From Octopus vulgaris (Eukaryota): a DNA stretch of 64,000 bases. Under the pieces are notes generated by a model. That model worked only from the letters and a program-made list of their open reading frames with translations. It was not told the DNA's origin and searched no databases. Below are positions 25,943-38,617 of the stretch, piece after piece. Positions within the stretch are counted from its first letter, which is position 1. Every line of letters begins with the position of its first letter. The position numbers and the translations under genes were made by a program. Where the stretch lies: contig OX597814.1 in assembly GCA_951406725.2 (NCBI GenBank), forward strand, positions 203,670,001 to 203,734,000. Reading direction: 5' to 3'.

Positions 25943-28900
25943 ATATTTGTTATAATTTAGATTAAATTTTATGACCCAATATGAAGATTATAGTAGTAGT
26001 CTTGAAAATACTATTTTTAATAAAATATATAAATATTTTAATGTGAATCCCAAAATAATTGATCTTTTTGCCAATAGTACAAAAATATAAAAATCTATAA
26101 TTGAGGTAATTTCCTTAGAAATATCAATATTGGACAAACTGCTTCCAGAACTTCTAATTGGAATTAGGTTTGTTTTGACTATGTACTGGCATTCAAGAAT
26201 TTTTTTTGATATAACTTGAGTGTTGCAAAGTAATTTGAATTAAAAAGTCAGACAATTTATACAATTTCCAATGTTCTGATACATATTTTTTAATACAGTT
26301 ATTAGAGATCAGCTAAGTCTATGTAAGTTCATGGATTTTTCTAAATCTCGTTGAGGAAATAATTACAGATGCATTATATGGATAAAAACTCATTAGTTTA
26401 TGGCCTGTTTCATTTGGATGTTTGAATAACATTCTGAAATTATATGTATGTTACATATGCTTACACACTTATCATATAGAACATATTCCTGGCGTATGAT
26501 TTACATAAGATTACAAAACTCTGAAAACAATTTAAATAGTAGTATGAATATAAAAATCTTGTTTGTAATGCTGGACTAATAGATTTGGGTGCAACCATGT
26601 CTGGCTATATGTAGACATATGAAAGGTATTTCTTTCTTTCAGTTTTTTCTTCTTTTTCCATTTTTAAGAATGGAATATATGATGTGAGATGGGGCGGGGC
26701 GGTGTATTGATTTCTACCACATTGCAAGTTAAGAAATAAAAAATTTTCTCATAAATGTAAAATATTTAAGGAAATTGGTATGAGGAATGAATGCCAACAA
26801 TATAGTATGAAAGTATTTTTTTAAAGGGATGATATATAACTGAAGTGTTAAAAGTGGATTCTTTTGACTTGTATCTATGAAGTGAAATAGTTTTTTTTCT
26901 ATTTTCAAGTGGCATCTATTATCAGACATGGTTACTTTGACATAATTGTACAGAGCTAAAGAGAGCTAAAGTGAGAAAAAAACAAAACAAAACAAAAATT
27001 ACTAAGATGGTAGCTAAGTGCCAGACAACTAATTTATAACTTTGACAGTAAGCTAGAGATAAGTTTATTTTTTGGGGGGCAAACCCAACTGGAAAATGCA
27101 TTTCATTCATACATTTTTAGAAATTATATACCCACAATCTTTTTTTATATTTTTCTAGGGAATTAAGATGTTTTGCATTTTTAAACTGTTTTACACACAT
27201 TTTTTTCTTTGCTAGCATGGGTGAGATGTTTCTTTACATTAAATTTGGATAGTTGCCTGTTTGAACTTGAATTTTTTTTTTTTCAATAACTAGATGTTAC
27301 AATAATTGAAAGGTTAAGGTGTTCCGTATATCTTTACGTATTACCAATTTTTAATCATTGTAAACAGGTGTAGCCATGGCTGTGTGCTTAAAAAGTTTGC
27401 TTCCTGCCCACATGGTTTTGGGTTCAGTCCTACTTTGTGGTACATTCAGAGGATGTCTTCTACTGTAGCCTTGAGCTGATCAAAGTCTTGTGAGTAGATT
27501 TGTTAGAGGAAAACTAAAAGAAGCCTGTTGTGTGTGTGTCTCCTTCTCTTGACACTGCATGATAATTATGAGTGTCACTGTCATACAAGTGGTGATGTTT
27601 CCAATCTTCTGTGAAAGCATGACTGGTCTTGGGAAAATATTACCTTGATGGTTAGCAAAAGGAAGAGCACCTGGCTACCAAAAATCTATCTCTGAATTCT
27701 GAAAGCATGGAAATATGGACATGAAAATAATGATGATATAAACAAACAATATTCAAATATTGTATTTAAGTAAGAAGACAGTTCTCATTTCAGTATAGAT
27801 ATTATACTGCTCACATATATAAAACTCTGCTCTCACAGTCACCAAGCATGTGTCTCTCTTTTAACCTATCAACTTTATTAGGTCTCACCTTACAGATCAT
27901 GCATTATATGCTCCTTTCTTTCTCTTTATTACTGAAGCCTGCTAGAATCTCTCTCCCCTCCCACACAATGTTTTAAAACATTCAAATTGAGCATCAATTC
28001 CGTTAATTCAGTATTCTTGGAGAGTCTGAAAAAGTTATAATTACTGACCATCTCCAACTATCTTGTAAGAAAAAAAAAAGTACGACAATTTAAAACAGCT
28101 TTGCTTACATAATGTATTTCTACTTGGTAACAGGCAAATATGTAGTGTGTACTCGTGAAAATAATTTTATTTGCACTTTTCTGTGTCCCTATTTGATAGC
28201 CCTATATAGCTTGATGATGATAATGAGTACACCAGAATGTTTCTAACCACGCACATACACACATATCAGATTACTACCATTGTATATTTATGATAATTAA
28301 TATTATGAACATTGGGTGTAGCAAGCTTTTTAACAATGAGCCAATGTCCTATACAATTTCATTTTATATGTCATTGCCTTTAGTAATTTCCTTCAAAATT
28401 TAACATGGCGACCTTAAACCATGCAAATATCTGAAAAGTTGGATATGGATAATTATCTGTACAAAATTAACTTCTGTTTGATTAACATAATCTGCTGTTT
28501 CTATTTTTTTTTTTGTTTTGTTTTGTAAAATGATATTTAGTATATGGCGCTATATGAACACAAACATACATATACATGCATGTGCACGTATATCATATAT
28601 GCTATGGTTGTGTGCATGAGTGATAAAGTACAAATGAGATAAGGGAAACTGTATATAAGATGAATCAGATATAGTGTGCAAGAGAGAAAACCATATTGAT
28701 ACAAACGTGATATATGGAGGATGACACTTGTATAAAGAAATGCTGCCATCACTACCTCCCTTCCATCACTCCATCTCTATCTTTTATCACCCTCTCCAAC
28801 ATTGTCACTTCTATTATTCCTTCTTCTATCATCTTCCCACCTCAATCACTCTGCTTCTTCCATCATATTCACAAACTCTTAACCTTGTTCATTTGATTTG

Positions 28901-30022
28901 TAGGCCCGAATCAGCTCCAGTCAAGCACACCTATCAACACATAGGTAGTTAACTGAGTGACTAGGTTGATCACTTATTGTAAATATACCATATCTACTCT
29001 ACTTAGTTGACAACTATGTTACACAATCCAATATGCATTGATTAATCATATGGGCAACAGTCTGGCCATGTTGTGCAATCTCCACTGACCAGGTTATCTC
29101 TGTATGTTTGCAGGTTCTGGTGTTAGCCACAACAATGAGATGAAATCAAAGCACATCAGTTACTGTTCCTCTTGCACTGGATAATGAATTTTATAGATGG
29201 TTTGTAGAAGATTTATTCAGGATAATGAATTTTATAGAGAGTTTGTAAAGAAAGGAAAAACGAATTCTGTTTTGTGAATTATTGCCATTGGACTGTGTAG
29301 GTTCTATTGATAGTAAAAGTCTGATAAAGGTTCTGTCAGTTATAGCTGTAGGTTAACCATGCTTGGGAAAAAAGTTATGTATTTTCTTTGATTTTGAAAT
29401 AGGATGCTATAACCTATTGCGCAATGTTCATAGGCTAAGATACGTTGCTAAGTTTCTCTGAAGTTTCATAACTAAACCATAGTAACATCTCTGTTTCACG
29501 GCTGGCTGCTTAGTAGAGAGGGCGTCATAGATTATAAACACTTGTTCAGGTCTAAATTTGCAAAAGAATCATAATGGCTTTAAAAAAAAATGGGTACAAA
29601 ACAAGTTTTTAAAAAAAAATTTTCAAAGCATTTCCATTATTTTTGGTTATCACCAGAGAAATAACATTTAGAAGTAACATTTAAAGCCATTTACAGTATA
29701 ACTTGTTTGGCAAAATAAACAATTCTTTCTACTTGATGAAACTGAAAGAACTGAAAATATCACTGATTTCAAAGATGCTGCTGTATATGGCAAGTCATGT
29801 TTAGAAATTTATTAATGACATCAATTCCTTACTGCTTGAATAAGCATAACCATATATAATTATTGAGGATATGAAACAAAGTAAAATGTCTGTAACCCTT
29901 TTGATACCAATCCACCCAAGATTGTCACTGGTTCTATGATGCGAACTTTTTATTTAAAGCGAACTGAATTAAACTTTCCATAAAATTGTTCCAAACACCA
30001 GCCACTTTACTAAATTCAGTAA

Positions 30023-31150
30023 AACTAGTGGGACCTGTGGAAATTCCACACAATGGAAAAAATTAAGAGGACTTATTTAAGAGAGAAAGGATGGTTTATA
30101 TTTTTATAGCATTCATAGTTTAGTTTTCTTAAGTATTCTTGACGTTCATCTACATTCATTTCCTCATGTCTCGTTAGTGCTGTCTTTTTCCTCTTATACT
30201 TTTTTGCTGTTCCTCTCAGATCCATGCTCTATATCTGTGCATCTTTTCTTGGACAGCTTGCAACTGTGTTTCTTGTGAATCCAGAGTTTAGGCTAAATTA
30301 ACCCTTATAAACAAATATCAGTCTTTTAAGTGAGCAGATGATAAACAGTTGCGCTTATGCACATGCTTTAAGCGATGGTTACTATAAAAAAAAAATTAAT
30401 GCAGTTTTATATTTAAGAGATGAGGAATTATGTACATTATTTACAATTGACGGACATTTGTCCTCATTTTGTTTGTTGTTAACACCACGTTTTGGCTGAT
30501 ATACCCTCCAGCCTTCATCAGGCATATGGCGTAGTGGTTAAGAGCACAGGCTACTAACCCCAGATTACAAGTTCGATTCCAAGCAGTGACCTGAATAATA
30601 ATAATAATAATAACGACAACATTGAAAAATACCTCAGGAATGAGAACCCAGAAGGCTGGAGGGTATATCAGCTGAAACGTGTTAACAACAAACAAGATGA
30701 GGACAAATATCTGTCAATTGTAAATAATGTAAATAAAAAAAATTTAGCTCAATAAAAAAAAACATTTCACTATCAGCATACCACCACCACTATCTGCCTT
30801 TCTCTCCCTCTCTTTCTCTCTCTCTCAATATAACTGCTTCCCCTGTCCATCTCTATCTATCTTTCCCTTCAGCTAACTTTTTAACCATGTAAGTATTCCT
30901 TCCTCCCTTGCCCTTACATCATTAATACTGCTCCCTCTCTCTTTTCTTTCTCATCTTTTTCTCCTGTTCTTTGCCCCTACTTTCAGCTGACCATTGACCA
31001 TGTGAACATTTGGCCTAAGTGTATTAATATTAATCACCTTTCTCTACTTCTTCCTCTCCTCTTTCTTCACTCCTCCCTCTCTCCATCTCTTACTCACTCC
31101 ACCTCCACAATTAACTAATGTATAACTAACAAGCAGATTATTATATAGAT
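30023..31150. mobile_element. Probable non-autonomous Helitron/Helentron-like element
   Basis: Begins aactagtgggacc, has CT-rich simple sequence, ends ttattatatagat, and separates two halves of a TTAA MITE. Confidence 0.5.
30399..30731 (+). mobile_element. tRNA-headed SINE-like element with Penelope-like tail and an upstream inverted copy of that tail
   Basis: A box tggcgtagtgg (30527-30537), B box gttcgattcc (30571-30580), (AAT)n; tail 30651-30731 is an ~80-bp inverted repeat of 30433-30516. Confidence 0.75.
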
Positions 31151-31269
31151 GACAGCCATTTTACTAAATTCTTCATTATCTTCAAAACTAATTGAAACAA
31201 AGAACAAAGGCAGTGTATTTCAACAGAAATATGATGAAAGGATTAAAATCATTTGCAAAGATGAAACTG

Positions 31270-31660
31270 TAATCATCATCATTTACTGCCCATTGGCCTT
31301 GCTGACATGGGTTGGACGGTTTGACCAGGGTTGGTAAGCTAAGGGCCTGCACCAGACTCCAGTCTGATTTCGTGTGGTTTCTATGGCTGGATGCCCTTCT
31401 TAGTGCCAGCCACTCCGAGAGTGTAAAAAACAGAGGAAGTGTGACTGATGTTGGTGTTGTGTAACTAGCATGCCAATGGCATGTAAAAAACACCTTTCGA
31501 GTGCTGGGCCTCATGGAAGCAATGACAAATGACTGAGACTTTTGGCAATATGCCGTACTTGAAAAGATCCATCAAGCCAAGTGAAATCATAGTTGTGGTA
31601 AATGCTGGTGTCATGTGACTAGAACCTGTGCCTGTGGCATGTAAAAGCATGCATCACCAA
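31270..31660. mobile_element. Rearranged RTE 3'UTR pieces (minus-strand tail 31270-31425, plus-strand 3'UTR piece ~31440-31650)
   Basis: Contains catcatcat...catgggttggacggtttgac...ggatgcccttc, followed by gggcctcatggaagcaatgac and tggcatgtaaaagca, all shared with the other RTE copies. Confidence 0.7.
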
Positions 31661-32180
31661 CCACTCTTCTTTCCCTGGTCAACAAAAGCCAAGTACAGAG
31701 GTTTATCTTTGGCTAGGTATTTCTTCTGCAGCTGCCTTACCAGAAATATAGCATCAGTGGTGCTTCACTCTGGCACAAAACCAAATTGCATCTCATCGAG
31801 ACTAACTTTCTCCCTAATTAGTTGGGCTATGACCCTCTTTGTGATTTTCATCACCTGATCCAACAACTTGATACTTCTGTAATTATTTCTATCTAAGGTG
31901 TCACCTTTACCTTTGTAGCAGTTGACTATGGTGCTGTTACACCAGTCATTGGGTATGACTCCTTTGTGCACCATCTGATTAACTATACAGGTGACTAGAC
32001 CATAACCTATGCCACCAGATATTTTAAGCATCTCAGTGGTGTTTCCTGGTGGGCCGGGAGATTTCCCTGTCTTCATATCCTTAATTGCTTTATCTGCCAA
32101 GGTACTGTCAATTCAGATAGCTGGTCCTTCAGTCTGGTCAACATTTGGCAGATTCTCATTCTCCCATTCATTCTCTTGAA
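31660..32180 (-). mobile_element. RTE-clade LINE RT fragment
   Basis: ORF 31765-32100: AIKDMKTGKSPGP...WCNSTIVNCYKGKGD.LDRNNYRSIKLL...DEMQFGFVP, typical of the N-terminal part of a non-LTR RT. Confidence 0.92.
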
Positions 32181-35074
32181 CATACCAAACCCTATAATTA
32201 ATAATTTTATTCTGTTTCTCTTTTTTATAACAAATTATGTTTGGATTAATGTACAGGATGATATTAAACATACATTTAAAATATTTGTTCTTTTGGTGTA
32301 GGATTGAAATTATTTGGAATTTATTTTGTTAAACAAATCAATAGAAAAATGATTAAGTATTATCTGAAGTTTGAAGTAATTTTGAAACTTTTTCCAATTA
32401 TATAGTTATCTTGCTCTATAAAATTGACCGTTGAATTTATATTATTTTTCGGTTAAATTACTTTTATCAATTTTCAGTCTGTAATTATAGATTAGTGATA
32501 CTATTTCATGTTAGAATTACTGATTTCTGTCTTAGCTGCAAATTGAATTTTTGTAAACTGAAGAATATAGTCAATTGAATCGACCTTTCAATGGCAGATT
32601 GAATTTGTTGCCCAGTTTAACACCATCACCTGGAACATTGTGTGCCTTTAACAATGTCCACTCTGTTGTGAGTATTTGGGCTAGGTCTTGGGTTTGAGGA
32701 TATCTTCCTCCTCCTTCCCACCAGTCTTGGAGGCCGTGTAAAGAATCATACCAGTGCCTTCCCTCCTGACTGAAAGAAAAATGAAAATCTTTATTTTAGA
32801 AGGGTGAAACTGGATTTTATGATCACAAGATTTGAATTTGGAATATAATTGGATGAAATAGGTATAGGTATATGCTATAGGCCCAGGTGTGGCTGTGTGG
32901 TTTGCTTCCCAACCACATGGCTGCTTGGGCTAGTATCTTCTACTACAGCCCTGGCTTAATCAAAGCTTTGAATGGATTTGGTAGGCAGAAACTGAAAGAA
33001 GCCTTGTGTGTGTGTGTGAATGTGAGAGAGAGAGAAATGTATGTGTGTGAGTGCATGTACATTTGTGTCTCTTTGTCTTGACATCATGTAAAAGTTGTAA
33101 ATGAGCATCACTCTCATAGAAGCAATGCCAATATTTTGTGAGTATGTGGCTGACCATTTGGAAATATTACCTTGTTTGGAACAGGTGAAGGTTAACATCA
33201 GGATGTGTCTCCAGCTGTAGAAAATTTGCCTTGATAAACTTTATCTAATCCTTGCAAACCTGAAAAAGTTGACATGAAAAAATGATGAACAATGATGAGG
33301 GAAGGTTCAATGAATTACTTCTGATTTCTATGCTGGCATAAGTGGAATGAGTATTACTGCACTTTTAGATGGATCAGAGGATGACTACATCTTGCACATA
33401 AGTTTCATTTTTGACTTAGTTTCTCTTGTTGGATGCCCTTCGTATTTGTGTGCATTCCTGTCATTAGTCTGTCTTAGTATCATTTTTTTAGGCCGGTTGA
33501 ATGTGGAAAATAGCTCAATTAGCAGAACACTGGTCAAAATACAGTATTTAGTCTAGGATCTAAGTTCAAATCCTACAGAGGCCACCTTTGCTTTCACGCT
33601 TCTAATGTCAGTAAAGGAAATCAAGTGCAGGAGTTGATTAACACATTTATCATTCCATGAAAATTTTTGGCCTTGTTTTAAACATAGAAGTCCTTATTAA
33701 CTCTTAGATCTGTTTGTAGATTAATGATATAATTTCTCAGTATGTTTCATTGTTCTGGGGCTATTTTAACAAGAGTAAAACAATAACAATCATTTCTCCT
33801 CTCAAAATACTTCACACATTTCTTCTCAAGTAAATAATTCATTCTATTAATTTATGTTGGCAGTTTGATGGTTTGTTTCTGTATTTGTTATATATATATA
33901 TATATATATATTTTGTATTTTATGTATTCCAGGTACATAATCCTTTATAATAATTTTATATTTTTCTTTCATCTTTGGTAATGTTCTTTATTATATAATT
34001 GGCGGGCAAAAATCGTCCAGAAGTTCACTGAATGTGTGTGTGTGTATGTGTGCATGTATATTCATAAGTGTGGGTGTTTGTGTCTTTCTATCCATGTTTT
34101 GATATTGTTTACACACTTGACAAAACAATAAAATAGTGACACTATTCAGTTGTTGTCAATATTTATGTATGTTGTATTTGTCCTATTGTTGTATAGTTTA
34201 TCAAGTGAAAGAACAAAGGAGGAAACATCTTACATGGAAACAAATAAGGATTGGCTACAAGAAAGGCAACCAACCATCGAAAAGTATACCAGCATATCTT
34301 ATGTAACCCATGCCAGTATGGAAAAAGTAGCTGTAAAAATAATGTGTGTGTGTGTGTGTGTGTGTGCGCACGCGCACACACACACACGCATACACATACT
34401 AGTTATTTACATTTAGGTGGAGTGGATCATTGACAGCTAAGTGTTTTCAACTAGTACAGGATATAAACTGTCAATTCATTGACAGATTGACCCTGGCAAA
34501 TGTAAGCCTGGCTCCTGGTTTTGATTACCAGCTGGAATAGCTTTAATGACAGTTGCTAATGTAAGTGAGAAAGGTATGAACTTTTCAGCTGCACAATTTT
34601 CTTATTCCTCTTGTAAACCAGAGGCTATTAATTATGTAAGAAATTGCCTTCAATATATTATGCTATTTTCTTCGTTTTCCCTTACGCTGAACTGGTATCC
34701 TCTGCGTCTAACTCATTCCTTATTTCTAATTGTCTGTCTCACTATTTTTACTCAGTGCTCTTCCTACACATCCACATTTTCCACTTTTCTGTCCTATTCT
34801 GTCTCATATTCATGTACCTAGACCTCACATTTCTTTCTTTCTGTCTCTCACTTTCCTGGTGGGCATGCCATGCATTCACCTCTTCAGCAAGAAGGAGATC
34901 AAGAAAGCCATGTGCAGAAATGGTGAAAATGGTTCTTAAGATGCAAACCTTACATAGGAAATGACAAAGGAATGCAACAAATAGTATGGTAGTGTTGGAA
35001 TGCACCTATCCAATCAATGCACGTATGGAAAGCAGATGTAAAAATGATGATGAATATAAATAAATACATACGTC

Positions 35075-35881
35075 AGTGTGCTCACACGACAGTGTAAGCG
35101 CCCTGAGAGAAATACTGGACATAAGAAGCCTCAGATGTGGCATGCAAGAGAGACGTCTGCACTGGTATGGTCATGTACTATGGATGGATGAGGAGAGATG
35201 TGTGAAGAAGTGCCACTCCCAAACAGTTGAAGGAATCCAGGGTAGAGGTAGACCCAGGAAGACATGGGATGAAGTGGTCAAGCATGACCTTCAAACGTTG
35301 GGCCTCACAGAGGCAATGACGAAAGATCGAGTCCTCTGGTGATATGCTGTGACTGCGATGACCCAATAAATAACGTGAGTTCATGGCTGTTTCCTGCACC
35401 AGCTTCACATAGCAGCCCCAGCCCATCCAAAGTACCTTGGATCGCAGGTTGGCCTGCTGTGCTTACCTTGGATCATAGGGTGACCTGCTGTGCTTGAGGA
35501 GACCTATTGAGTCAAGTACATCAACATGAAAATAAAAATCAAATGGAAATTGTAGTTGTGATACCCGTGCCAGTGGCATGTAAAAAGCACTGTCCAAACA
35601 TGGCCGATGCCCATGCTGTATTGACTGGTTTCTGTGCCGCTAGCACATAAAAAGCACCAACCAATTGTGGCCGTTACCAGCCTCACCTGGCACCTGTGCC
35701 GGTGGCATGTAAAAAACACCTACTACACTCATGGAGTGGTTGGCGTTAGGAAGGGCATTCAGCTGTAGAAACACTGCCAGATCAGACTGGAGCCTGGTGC
35801 CGCCTCCTGGCTTTCCAAACCCTGGTTGAACCATCCAACCCTTGCTAGCATGGAAAACGGATGTTAAACGATGATGATGAT
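35075..35881 (+). mobile_element. 5'-truncated RTE LINE: ORF C-terminus, 3'UTR and (GAT)n tail
   Basis: ORF 35076-35342 RRLHWYGHVLWMDEERCVKKCH...GRGRPRKTWDEVV, then ggttggcgttaggaagggcat...gcatggaaaacggatgttaaacgatgatgatga. Confidence 0.92.
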
Positions 35882-38568
35882 GTGGTGATATTTGGTGGAC
35901 AGCTGTGGAGTATGTCTGCATCTGTTGAGTTTTTGCTGTTTTTCTGTCTGCTCCTTTGTTGTCTCCCTGCACCAGATTTTTACTTATAAATGTTATAAAA
36001 TTCCCTCTCAACTTATAGATTTCCTGTAGTTGTCAATTTGCAGTAGTTCAAAAATATTGACTGTATTATTGATCTCACTGGTCTTTGGCAATGGTTCACT
36101 TACTAACATAGTAGCTCATTTTCTCTCTTTGCTTCTTGTATTACAACATTCTTTCATCCTAGCTTACTGCAGGGCCTCTCTGCTATGGTTTCTCGCAGGC
36201 CCATCCAACACACCCATGTCTCTCACTAGGTCTTATTTCCCAGATTCCATCCTAAACGTTTTGCCCAGCTATTCCTGCAGTCTTTGACCCAACGGATGTT
36301 CAAATTGAGCATTATTTGTATCAGTGAAGGAAATTCTGGAAAGGTCATAAAAAAAATGGCCTATTTGTTTTTTTTTTTTTTAGCCAAGTTCAGATATTTT
36401 AACCCTTTTCTCTGCTTCTTTTGTGTTAACATTGGATATCTGAAAATAGTCTTAAATACTTTCCTTTACTCTATTATGACTGTACTTTGTATTAGATCTG
36501 ATCTATGTTATAGTCATAGGTTTGGTTGTCAAGTTATATTCCAATGTGTAGCATCTCAAGTATTTTCTACCATAGACTCAGGCTGACCAATATTTTGGTT
36601 GCTGTGGGAGTCTGTGATATTTGTGTTGTTTTTTTTATGTCTCTCCATTTTTTAACATTTGCTTTTTCCACAGAATGGCCTAGTAAGACTACTTCAGATA
36701 GTCTTCAAGATGAAGTACCATACAAGTAAAGTACTTTATTCTGTCCACATCTTTGCATATAAAAAAAATATCACTGCCAGAATGGTACCAGTGCAAAGAT
36801 ATGGAGAGAGCGAGAGAGAGAGAGAGACACACACACGCGCACGCGCGTTTCTGTCCACCAAATTCAGCAACAAAGTACCGATCAGCTTTAGGCTGTAGAA
36901 GATTCCTAAGGTGCCAACAGGGTTGAACTTGAAACCATGTGATTGCAAAGTGATCTTTTTTACCATATGGTTGTGCCTATGTGTTTGTCTGCGTGTCTTT
37001 ATATTGGCAATGTTTATGAACACCAAGAAAATTAAAAAGCCAAAAACAAAAACAAAAAAAAAAACAGCCCTTTTCAAGGAAAGTCTCTTGCAATATTTGT
37101 TCTTGTGAATTAGTGATTGTTCAGTTGGAAATTTTTTAACCAGTGACAGACACTATTGTTTACAAATCACACTACATAGTAAAAGATAAATTCTGGTATC
37201 TTTAAACTGTCATTTCAGTAACAACTTCTGGCTGTGTTGGGACCAGTTTTCTTTTATTTTGAGCCAAAACTTCCTTCTAAACTCATTATTCTTGACCAGT
37301 TGATTGGCAAAATCATTAGAACAATGACAAAATAATACTTTGTGATATTTAGAGATCAAATCAAGTTATCCTTTTGTCCTTCACATGTTGATAAAATACA
37401 GTCACATCTGTCAATTGCTTTGAGTGATTTAATAAATTTTACCCTACCCACAACTGTGTGGCCAATGTCAGAAATTATTGTTGTTGTTATTAAGGTGGTG
37501 AGCTAGCAGAAATGTTAGAACATTGAAAAAAGTGCTTTGCAGTATTTCTTTGAACTCTTTACATTCTGAATTCAAATTCTGCTGAAGTCAGCTTTAACTT
37601 TCTTCCTTTCAAAATCAATAAAATAAGTATAAGTCAAGTACTAGGATCAATGTAATTGACTAACCCTTTCCTCTCATAATTGCAGGCTTTGTATCAAAAT
37701 TAGAAATAAAGATACTGAACTGGCAGAACTGTTACAGTATTGGAAAAATGCTTAGCAGTATTTCTTCAGATACATTACTTTCTAAGTTCAAATTCTGTCA
37801 TGGTTGAGTTTTGCCTTTCATCCTGACAGGGTCAATAAATTAATGTATCATTTGAATATAGGGGTTGACTTGCCCCTTCCTCTCAAAATTGCTGGCCTTG
37901 TGCCTAAATGACAAACCAATATTATTATTATGATTCCAGTAATTTTATTGTGATTGTAACTTTCATTACATAACCAAGCTCGACTTATGTGCCATAGGTA
38001 TAAGTGTGGTATCTTGCTCTTTGTTTTATCATTATATTGGATGTACAGAATGTGTGCAATATCTTATATTGTTATTTTCTGAATGTTAAATATGTCTAAA
38101 TAACACTTTGCTGTATATGTTTGCATTTCTTTTAATCATTGTTATTGTGGGGATTGTTTATTTTTGCCCTACACCCCCTGGATATCTCTATTTCAGGAAT
38201 TTTATATTTGGATAATTTTCTCCTTTTTTTCCCCCATTTCTTTTGAAGGTGTATTGTTATAAGTTGAGATTGATTATTGATTAGGATATACTATTGTCTT
38301 GTCCCTTGCCCCATATTTGCCAACAATGTAAGGAGTGTCTACTTTAATTTCCTCATATGAACCTGTATTTCTTAGAGTATAGATACATTACTCTCAGAAT
38401 AATTTTGTGGTGGATGCTTGCACCTTCTTGTTATTTTTAACATTCTAAATGTTGACATATTTTTCTTTATATATATTTATATTCTTTGTTTTAGCTAAGG
38501 CTAAGAAAAAAACAAACAATAGGATTGTTTCTCTAGGTCCTCCACAAATCCTGCAGTTATTTTATATG

Positions 38569-38571
<3 letters not shown>

Positions 38572-38617
<46 letters not shown>
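38572..38617. repeat. (TTA)n microsatellite
   Basis: About 15 TTA units. Confidence 0.95.

Noticed and set aside
29179-29250. 41-bp-period tandem duplication
   Set aside because: An ordinary local duplication with only two units.
30521-30590. Possible tRNA gene
   Set aside because: A and B boxes are present, but I cannot form a full acceptor stem, and it runs into (AAT)n and a repeat tail; treated as a SINE head.
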